A stretch of 64,000 nt of DNA from NCBI GenBank assembly GCA_002721365.1, contig PBKC01000011.1, forward strand, positions 38,029-102,028, given 5' to 3'. The notes under the pieces were generated by a model, which made no database searches, was not told the DNA's origin, and saw only the letters and a program-made list of their open reading frames with translations. This DNA comes from Rhodospirillaceae bacterium. GTDB taxonomy: Bacteria; Pseudomonadota; Alphaproteobacteria; GCA-2721365. Below, in pieces: positions 57,472 through 64,000 of this stretch. A program made the position numbers and the translations under genes. How positions within the stretch are numbered: the first letter of the stretch is position 1; the number at the start of each line of letters is the position of its first letter.

Positions 57472-58080
57472 CTAGCGGCGGCCGCCGAGCCCCGAGACAA
57501 GCAGGGCGACCACCCGCTTCGCTTCGTCGACGAGCTCCCCCCGCTCGCACGTCCGAATGAAGTCCGGATAGTAGAATTTCATCGTTGCCGCCTGGATAGT
57601 GGATGCGGTCGTCGCGAAGTCCTCGACAGCGAAGACTCCGGCCTTCGTTCCCTCTTCCAGAATCCCGGCGATGGTGATCCCGCATCGATCCTTATGCGCG
57701 GCGATCAGGTCCAGCCGCTCGACGCAGAGCTGGTCTATCAGTTCGTCGATATGCGGGCTGCCGGCGATCAACTCGGCGATCAGGTCGATGCGAAGCAGAA
57801 TCAGCGCTTCCAGCTTCGCAGCGGCATCGCCCTCGATCGCCGCGGCCATCGCCGCCATGCGGCCTTCGGTGTAGGCGAACCATTCCTCGGCGATGCTGGC
57901 GCCGATATCGCCCTTACTCGCGAAATAGCGGTAGAGATTGGCCGCCGACATGCCGCAATCGCGGGCGATCTCGGCCATCGTCGTCTTGCCGAACCCATAG
58001 CGGTCGAACCGGTGTCGTGCCGCCAGAAGGATCTGCCGGCGGACGTCTTCGATTTTCATGTCGGCATCGACGGTATCCAT
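57472..58080 (-). CDS. TetR family transcriptional regulator
   Basis: FGKTTMAEIARDCGMSAANLYRYFASK is the HTH. Confidence 0.9.
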   Translation of the reverse strand: MDTVDADMKIEDVRRQILLAARHRFDRYGFGKTTMAEIARDCGMSAANLYRYFASKGDIGASIAEEWFAYTEGRMAAMAAAIEGDAAAKLEALILLRIDLIAELIAGSPHIDELIDQLCVERLDLIAAHKDRCGITIAGILEEGTKAGVFAVEDFATTASTIQAATMKFYYPDFIRTCERGELVDEAKRVVALLVSGLGGRR

Positions 58081-58212
58081 AGCTGTCGACGCTACGCGCA
58101 GAACAGTGAATGATCAACACATTGTTCAGCGATAGCTGTTCACGACTTGGGACGCCCGACGTCTCCACCTAGACTTTCCTTACGCCGACCCGCCAACGCG
58201 TGAGAGGAAGGA

Positions 58213-58695
58213 ATGCCGTCCTGCCTGCTGATCATCGACCTGCAGAAAGGGTTCGTGAACGACGCAACCCACCATGTGGTCGCACCGATCGAAGCGGCGC
58301 AGGCGGACTATGACGTCGTCATCGCCACCCGTTTCCAGAACCCGCCGGGATCTCCGTTCCGGCGGCTGATCCATTGGGAACGGTTCGCCCCGCACTCCGA
58401 CGAGACCGCCTTCGCCTTCGCACCGCGCGAGGATGCACGCGTCATCGACAAGCCGCGCTATACCTGCGTTGACTCAGCCCTGCGGAATTGGCTGGTCGCA
58501 CGAGACATCAGCCGAGTTCACGTATGCGGGATCGATACCGATATCTGTGTGACGAAGAACGCCGTCGACCTGTTCGAAGCCGGACTTGAGCCGATCGTCC
58601 TTTCGGCCCTATGCGCGAGCCACGCCGGAAGGGACAGGCACGAAGCGGGTCTCGTGACCCTGGCCCGGTTCATCGGGCAAGATCAGATTCGATGA
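58213..58695 (+). CDS. isochorismatase-family cysteine hydrolase
   Basis: LLIIDLQKGF (Asp), DKPRY (Lys) and GIDTDICV (Cys). Confidence 0.8.
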   Translation: MPSCLLIIDLQKGFVNDATHHVVAPIEAAQADYDVVIATRFQNPPGSPFRRLIHWERFAPHSDETAFAFAPREDARVIDKPRYTCVDSALRNWLVARDISRVHVCGIDTDICVTKNAVDLFEAGLEPIVLSALCASHAGRDRHEAGLVTLARFIGQDQIR

Positions 58696-59003
58696 CGGGG
58701 CGACCGGAAAGGGTTGCTGACGATGGGAAGGCGCGAGCGATGACGGACCGAAGACTCCTCAAGCTGCTGTTCTGGAACGGAAGCGCGGGCATCATCGGCG
58801 CGTTCGCTTTCGTGACGCTGCTCTTCTTCTTCGACATCGCGGGGCTGGGGCGGCTGGCGAGCGGATCGGAGTCGGCCTGGTGGGTCGCCGTCCTGCTGTA
58901 TTGCGGAACCGCGGTTACGTTCGGCAGCGTGGCCATGGGCGTCGCGATCATGAAGCTGGGCGTGGAACGCGATTCTCCGGACGGTCTTTGGCTGGACGAC
59001 TGA
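58692..59003 (+). CDS. small membrane protein (2-3 TM)
   Basis: The start has an ATGA overlap with the upstream stop; an alternative ATG lies at 58740. The hydrophobic segments are GIIGAFAFVTLLFFF and WWVAVLLYCGTAVTFGSVAMGVAIM. Confidence 0.5.
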   Translation: MTGRPERVADDGKARAMTDRRLLKLLFWNGSAGIIGAFAFVTLLFFFDIAGLGRLASGSESAWWVAVLLYCGTAVTFGSVAMGVAIMKLGVERDSPDGLWLDD

Positions 59004-59019
59004 CCGGCGGACTCCTGCC

Positions 59020-59889
59020 CTAGTCGCCACCAAGAACCAGGAAGCGGGCCGCTCCGTCGCGTTCGATGAGCAGGAGTGCGGGACGGCCGGCCGCCAGGCT
59101 GCGGCCGAGTGTTGCCGCGGCCGCCTGCGTATCCACCGCGCTCTCCTGATCGACCTCGACGATCACGTCGCCGGCGAGGATGCCGGCGGCTGCCGCCGCG
59201 CTTCCGGCCGCAACCGCGACGACGAGACTTCCTTCCGTTCCGGTCCCGACAGCGAACCGTTCCGCCAGTCGCGCCGAAATGGCCGACAAGGTCAGCCCGG
59301 CGGCAACGACCTCCGTGGCTTTCGCATCGCTCGCCCGGTATCCCGGCCGATCGAGCACACCGTCATCACGGAACGGATAGGGCTCGGCCTTGCGGTCGAA
59401 GGAAAGGCGAACCGCCTCCGCCGTACCGCCAAGACCGGCTCGGCAGGCGTCGAACAGATCGATGGGTCCGGCGCTGCAAGCCCTCGGAACGACCTTGAGC
59501 CCCGTCGCTTGGCTGCATGAGAAGGTTCCGTCCTCGCGGCTCAGGGCAACCGTCGCCGACGTCGCCTCTCCCGACGGCAGCGTACCGGTCTCCGCCTGTC
59601 CCGCCGCGATCCTGCCGCCGTCTTCGTCCTCGAGCACGAGGTCGAGAATGATCCGGTCGAGGGCCAGCGCGAACCGGTTCCGGATCGAGAGGGTGATCGC
59701 GCATGTCTCGCGATCGGACGTGGCCTCGACGGCACGCACATCGAGGGAAAGTCCGGGCACGGCGCCTTCCGGCAGGCTGCCCCAGGCGATCGTACTGCCA
59801 TTGGCCGCGGCAGGAGACGGCACCGCCGCAACGGCAGCGACCAGCACGACAACAGCCTTCAGAAGGAAGCGAGAGCGGACCCGTCTCAA
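59020..59889 (-). CDS. secreted PDZ-domain protein
   Basis: A signal peptide is present. The C-terminal sequence GSAAAAAGILAGDVIVEVDQ is a PDZ-like carboxylate-binding loop region. Confidence 0.6.
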   Translation of the reverse strand: MRRVRSRFLLKAVVVLVAAVAAVPSPAAANGSTIAWGSLPEGAVPGLSLDVRAVEATSDRETCAITLSIRNRFALALDRIILDLVLEDEDGGRIAAGQAETGTLPSGEATSATVALSREDGTFSCSQATGLKVVPRACSAGPIDLFDACRAGLGGTAEAVRLSFDRKAEPYPFRDDGVLDRPGYRASDAKATEVVAAGLTLSAISARLAERFAVGTGTEGSLVVAVAAGSAAAAAGILAGDVIVEVDQESAVDTQAAAATLGRSLAAGRPALLLIERDGAARFLVLGGD

Positions 59890-59924
59890 TTTACGGCCTC
59901 GACCAAACCGCGCATAGTGAACGC

Positions 59925-61223
59925 ATGAGCGAAGTTCTCACCTATCCGGGACCGGCGACGGGGGCGCCGGACGTCGCGGACTACCTCGAGCTCCTTGCCG
60001 TGATGAGCCAGGACTTCGCGATGTCGCTCGACATCGACGCCACGCTGAAGACCGCGCTGGGCCGGATCATGGACTACCTGGAAGCCGAAGGCGCGTCGAT
60101 CTTTCTGTTGGAGAACGAGGATACCGAACTCGTCTGCCGCGTCTGCGTCGGCGAGGTCGACATCACCGGCATCCGCCTCGGCGCCGGAGACGGAATCGTC
60201 GGCCGGGCGGTCAAGGAGAACACATCCCAGATGGTGCGTGACGTCCGCCATGACCCGAATTTCGCCTCCAGCGTGGACGAGCAGTCGGGTTTCATCACGC
60301 GTTCGCTTCTCTGCGCGCCGCTCCGGGTCAAGGAACAGCCGATGGGCGCGATCGAGCTGGTCAACAAGACCACCGGCGACGGTCTGTTCAACAACACCGA
60401 CCGCTATGTGTTGCAGGCACTCGCGGCCTCGGCCTCCCTCGCCATCAAGAACGCCCAGATGGCCGCCGACCTGCTGCGCCAGGAGCGGTTGCGGCGCGAG
60501 GTCGAACTGGCCAGCGAGATTCAGCGCGGCCTGCTGCCGGTCCCGCGGCCGGCACCGTTTCCCGTCGCCGGGCTCAATCTCCCGGCGCGGGAGGTATCCG
60601 GCGATTTCTATGATTTCATCGAGCTTCCCGACGGGCGGATTGCGTTCAATATCGGCGATGTTTCCGGCAAGGGAATCAATGCCGCGCTGATGATGATGGA
60701 GGTCTCCAGCCTGTTTCACTGCCTGGGCAAGACGGTGCACAACCCGAGCGAACTGCTCGCCCAGATCAATGCCGAGGTCGCGGAAACGGCGACCCGCGGC
60801 ATGTTCATCACCATGGTCTGCGGGATCTACGACCCGTCGACGCGGATGGTGTCGCTGGTCAATGCCGGACATGAGCCGCCGCTGCTGCTGACGCCGGCAG
60901 GCGAAATTCAAGAGTTCCCGGCGTCGGCTCCACCGGTGGGTCTGCCGCCGTCGCTGGTGCCCGAGATAGGCTATGTCGAAGAGCACATCTCGCTCGAGAA
61001 CAGCAGCCTCTATCTGTTCACCGACGGTCTGACCGACAGCCACACCGTCGACGGCCGCCCCTACGGGATCGACGAGGTCCGCAAGAGCATCGTTCACGCG
61101 GCCTCCCTTCCACTGGAGGTGCGGTTGCCGGCGATCGTCTCCGGCCTCGACCAGACCACCCCTTTGAAGGACGACGTCACCTTGCTCTGCATCGATGGCG
61201 GCGACGAATCGTCCGAACAATGA
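59925..61223 (+). CDS. GAF-domain PP2C (SpoIIE/RsbU-type) serine phosphatase
   Basis: The N-terminal GAF domain reads DYLEAEGASIFLLE...GIVGRAV. The PP2C motifs are VSGDFYDF, GDVSGKG and LYLFTDGLTD. ATG is at 59925. Confidence 0.85.
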   Translation: MSEVLTYPGPATGAPDVADYLELLAVMSQDFAMSLDIDATLKTALGRIMDYLEAEGASIFLLENEDTELVCRVCVGEVDITGIRLGAGDGIVGRAVKENTSQMVRDVRHDPNFASSVDEQSGFITRSLLCAPLRVKEQPMGAIELVNKTTGDGLFNNTDRYVLQALAASASLAIKNAQMAADLLRQERLRREVELASEIQRGLLPVPRPAPFPVAGLNLPAREVSGDFYDFIELPDGRIAFNIGDVSGKGINAALMMMEVSSLFHCLGKTVHNPSELLAQINAEVAETATRGMFITMVCGIYDPSTRMVSLVNAGHEPPLLLTPAGEIQEFPASAPPVGLPPSLVPEIGYVEEHISLENSSLYLFTDGLTDSHTVDGRPYGIDEVRKSIVHAASLPLEVRLPAIVSGLDQTTPLKDDVTLLCIDGGDESSEQ

Positions 61224-61645
61224 GCGAGATGCCGCAGGCGGAAAGACTTCTCGAACTGACGATCCCGGCGCGGCCGGACCGCCTGCGATTCGTGCGCCAC
61301 GCGATGCGGGACGCCGCCGAGCTGTGCGGAAGCAGCGGACGTACAGCCGAAGATATCGTCATCGCGGTCAACGAAGCCTGCATGAACATTATTCAGCACG
61401 GGTATGCAGGCCGCGACGGGACCATTATTGTGACCGTCGATCGTCACGACGACCAGTTGGACATCCGCCTCACCGATTTCTGCGCCAAAGTGGATCCCGC
61501 GAAGCTGAAATCTCGAGATCTGGATGACATCCGCCCCGGAGGACTGGGCATCCACCTGATCGGGGAGACGATGGACGAAACGCGGTTCCTGACTCCGCCG
61601 CCCGGTGCCGGCAACGTGCTGCAGATGATCAAGAAGATCGTATGA
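61220..61645 (+). CDS. RsbW/SpoIIAB-like anti-sigma factor / STAS serine kinase (HATPase_c)
   Basis: The N-box is EACMNIIQHG and the G-box is DIRPGGLGIHLI. It overlaps the phosphatase stop by 4 nt. Confidence 0.8.
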   Translation: MSEMPQAERLLELTIPARPDRLRFVRHAMRDAAELCGSSGRTAEDIVIAVNEACMNIIQHGYAGRDGTIIVTVDRHDDQLDIRLTDFCAKVDPAKLKSRDLDDIRPGGLGIHLIGETMDETRFLTPPPGAGNVLQMIKKIV

Positions 61646-61878
61646 TCGGAAGTAAGGCAATAAATTCAATTGGTTGAAATAAATACCTTCCTTCCTGCAT
61701 TAACCAAACACTGCTACGCGTGCGATGACTGCCCGGTTTCGCCTCACGCCACGGCAACAATCCGAGCGATAAGCGGCTGAAATCGTTATGATCGACTTCG
61801 GTCGGGCGCGGGGGCTCGGCCGATGTCGGTGCTTCTCCGGTGCTGAAGGGGGCATCGGCAATCACGAGAAACGAGACG

Positions 61879-62211
61879 ATGAAGCACAACGTAGAAAATA
61901 AGGGGGACTTCGCTGTTCTGCACCTCGCGGGTGAGGTCGACATGAACAATTCGGCCGAGGCCCGCGCGGTCATGCTCGGCTGTTTGGCCGAGAACCGGCA
62001 TCTCATCGTCGACATGCACGAGGTCGAGTACATCGACAGCTCGGGCATCGCAGGACTGATCGAAACCTATCAGACCGCCAAGAGCAGCGGCCTCCAGTTC
62101 CGCCTCGCCCAGATCAGCGGCGCCGTGCGCCGGGTGCTGGAGCTCGCTCACCTCGATCGGGTGTTCCCGATCCGGGACAGCATCGAGGATGCGATGGAGG
62201 ATGGCGGTTAA
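61879..62211 (+). CDS. STAS-domain protein (anti-sigma-factor antagonist / MlaB-like)
   Basis: VEYIDSSGIAGLIE carries the DSSG phosphorylatable-Ser motif. 110 aa. Confidence 0.8.
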   Translation: MKHNVENKGDFAVLHLAGEVDMNNSAEARAVMLGCLAENRHLIVDMHEVEYIDSSGIAGLIETYQTAKSSGLQFRLAQISGAVRRVLELAHLDRVFPIRDSIEDAMEDGG

Positions 62212-63016
62212 CGAACCCGCGCGGCCTCTGCTGCGCTATCCCGAAACGATCGGTCGCGCCACCGTTCGCGCCGTAGGCGAAGTCGGATACGGTGCCAGCC
62301 TGTTGGGGGAAAGCCTTTACTGGCTTTTCCTGGGGCGGTCCCGGCGCCAGCCGGTGCGTGTCGGTTCGGTTTTCGCGCAGATGATGGAGATCGGCATCCG
62401 CGCCTTGCCGATCGTGACGATTCTCGCCCTCACCATCGGCGCGATGCTGGCGATCCAGGGCATCTACACATTGCGCTCCTTCGGCGCCGAGTCGCGGGTG
62501 GTGATCGGCATCGCCTTCTCTGTCACCCGGGAGTTCGCGCCACTGATCGTCGGAATCCTGGTGGCCGGACGCTCGGGCTCCGCCCTCTCGGCCCGCCTGG
62601 GCACGATGGTCATCAGCCAGGAGGTCGACGCCCTGAGCGTCATGGGCATCAACCCGGTGCGCTTCCTGGTCGTTCCGTCCTTCGTGGCGATGGTGGTGAT
62701 GGTCCCCGCCCTCACCCTCTACGCCGATCTGGTGGCGCTGTTCGGCGGCGGCCTCTATACGGCTGCCGAGCTGGGCCTGAGCCTCGCCGCCTACACCGAC
62801 CAGACCCTCGCCGTCCTGGGCGTCAACGACCTGATGCACGGCCTCGGCAAGAGCCTCGTGTTCGCGGTGCTGATCACCATCATCGGCGTCGTCAATGGAT
62901 TCTGGGTCGCGCCGGGCGCGGACGGCGTCGGCCGGGCGACCACGCGCTCGGTGGTCCTGTCGATCGCGGCGATCATCGTCACAGACATGCTGTTCGCCTT
63001 CGTCGTCACCAAATGA
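62201..63016 (+). CDS. mlaE: MlaE-family ABC permease
   Basis: About 270 aa. Hydrophobic, with REFAPLIVGILVAGRSGSALSA typical of MlaE/Ttg2B. It overlaps the STAS stop. Confidence 0.8.
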   Translation: MAVNEPARPLLRYPETIGRATVRAVGEVGYGASLLGESLYWLFLGRSRRQPVRVGSVFAQMMEIGIRALPIVTILALTIGAMLAIQGIYTLRSFGAESRVVIGIAFSVTREFAPLIVGILVAGRSGSALSARLGTMVISQEVDALSVMGINPVRFLVVPSFVAMVVMVPALTLYADLVALFGGGLYTAAELGLSLAAYTDQTLAVLGVNDLMHGLGKSLVFAVLITIIGVVNGFWVAPGADGVGRATTRSVVLSIAAIIVTDMLFAFVVTK

Positions 63017-63819
63017 CCGAGGCCGCGACCGTTCCACCGGCCATCGAGGTCGAGAACCTGTTCGCCGGCTACGGCGACAGGATGATCCTCAAGGGCCTGA
63101 ACCTCATCGTCCGCCAGGGCGAGGTGATGGTCATCATGGGCGGCAGCGGGTCGGGCAAGAGCACCCTCCTCCGCCACCTCATCGGCCTCGCGCGGCCGAA
63201 AAGCGGCGCGATCCGCCTTCTGGGCCACGACATCACCACGATGACCGAGGCGGAACTGTTCGACGTCCGCAAGCGCATCGGCGTCGCCTTCCAGGGCGGA
63301 GCGCTGTTCAATTCGATGTCGGTTGGCGACAACGTGATGCTGCCGCTCCGCGAGCTGACCGACCTCGACGAGCGGACGATGCGGATCATGGCCCGCCTGA
63401 AGCTCGAGGTCGTCAATCTGGCCGGCTTCGACCGGCTGATGCCGGGCGAACTGTCGGGCGGCATGATCAAACGGGCGGCGCTGGCGCGCGCGATCGTCAT
63501 GGACCCGCGCCTTCTGTTCTGCGACGAACCGTCGGCCGGACTCGACCCGATCGTCGCCTCCGCGCTCGACGATTTGATCCTGAAACTGCGCGACGCTCTC
63601 CGCATGACCATCGTCGTGGTTACCCACGAACTCGACAGCGCCTTCAAGATCGCCGACCGTATCGCTTTGCTCGACAAAGGCGACATGGTCTTCGTCGGCC
63701 CGCCCGATGAGTTGCGCGCGAAGGACGATGTGCGGATACAGAACTTCCTCAATCGACGAGCCGAAGAGGTGACGATCGATGCCGACGAATACCTTGCCCG
63801 TCTCACGTCGGAGGGCTGA
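63013..63819 (+). CDS. mlaF: MlaF-family ABC ATP-binding protein
   Basis: GGSGSGKST, LSGGMIKRAALARAI and LFCDEPSAGLD. Confidence 0.85.
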   Translation: MTEAATVPPAIEVENLFAGYGDRMILKGLNLIVRQGEVMVIMGGSGSGKSTLLRHLIGLARPKSGAIRLLGHDITTMTEAELFDVRKRIGVAFQGGALFNSMSVGDNVMLPLRELTDLDERTMRIMARLKLEVVNLAGFDRLMPGELSGGMIKRAALARAIVMDPRLLFCDEPSAGLDPIVASALDDLILKLRDALRMTIVVVTHELDSAFKIADRIALLDKGDMVFVGPPDELRAKDDVRIQNFLNRRAEEVTIDADEYLARLTSEG

Positions 63820-63828
63820 GCGCTCGTC

Positions 63829-64000
63829 ATGAATCAGGGCCGCTTGAATTACGTCATCGTCGGCAGCTTCGTCATCGTGATGCTGGTGGCTCTGGTCGTC
63901 GTTCTGGCGATGCTGACCGGCCGCACAGGCTCGACCGAAGCGTACTACACCCATTATGAGGAGGTCTCAGGCGTCAAATACGGAACGCCGGTGCTGTTCG
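63829..64000 (+). CDS. mlaD: MlaD/MCE-family protein, N-terminal fragment (continues beyond the window)
   Basis: MNQGRLNYVIVGSFVIVMLVALVVVLAML is the TM anchor, followed by YYTHYEEVSGVKYGTPVLF, which begins an MCE domain. Confidence 0.65.
   Translation, partial: MNQGRLNYVIVGSFVIVMLVALVVVLAMLTGRTGSTEAYYTHYEEVSGVKYGTPVLF

Noticed and set aside
55396-58113. 905-aa plus-strand ORF across the RND and TetR genes
   Set aside because: It is antisense to two genes with strong features (12 TM helices; TetR HTH). The product is His/Arg/Asp/Gly-rich low-complexity sequence.

Overview
A 64-kb chromosomal segment from a high-GC bacterium, with strong G/C bias at third codon positions. The gene content and the IPAFAGMT/PAKAGIQ-type intergenic palindromes suggest an alphaproteobacterium, possibly Rhodospirillales-like; that assignment is inference only. 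I found no rRNA, tRNA, CRISPR array, IS element or prophage. About 60 genes are supportable. Many long ORFs in the supplied track are antisense or off-frame artefacts of the GC content.

Genes in order:
- Regulator and small-molecule metabolism: a truncated LuxO/NtrC-type sigma-54 activator, a TVP38 membrane protein, and a block of metabolic genes (PLP D-TA-like enzyme, MBL hydrolase, NUDIX, haloacid dehalogenase, CoA-transferase, SDR, acyl-CoA dehydrogenase, TIM-barrel isomerase).
- Cofactor genes: the nickel-pincer cofactor genes larC-larE-larB, then bioB-bioA-bioF-bioD, then a larA homologue.
- Mixed metabolism: LLM oxidoreductase, alpha-glucan phosphorylase, aldehyde dehydrogenase, an atypical 869-aa Hsp70, and a cytochrome c plus beta-propeller pair behind a more AT-rich spacer.
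- Glutamate dehydrogenase, an Ldh2-family oxidoreductase, DUF2254, a small stress-type protein, GFA, an L,D-transpeptidase and a TPR-methyltransferase.
- Transport: a sugar ABC operon, a PRC-barrel protein, and an ABC ATPase/permease pair with no binding protein.
- An orphan radical-SAM/SPASM enzyme, then beta-oxidation-like genes, one of them frameshifted.
- A compact two-small-ORF cassette in an AT-rich island, a DJ-1/GlxA pair, and an orphan class-III-cyclase-like protein.
- DUF3309 and CsbD stress genes, and a TetR-RND/MMPL-LolA-like-outer-membrane cluster.
- A GAF-PP2C / RsbW-like / STAS partner-switching module next to mlaE-mlaF-mlaD.

Observations most worth follow-up:
1. The LuxO-like activator carries Glu at the phospho-acceptor position. 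It sits divergent to a good sigma-54 promoter and a terminator in a 600-bp non-coding gap, which makes a candidate Qrr-like sRNA.
2. The small-ORF cassette at 48.3-49.0 kb, one ORF of which is missing from the ORF track.
3. The cyclase-like orphan.
4. The partner-switch/Mla linkage.
5. The interleaved lar and bio genes.
6. Two families of structured intergenic repeats.

I cannot point to one clear-cut novel system; these are ranked candidates.
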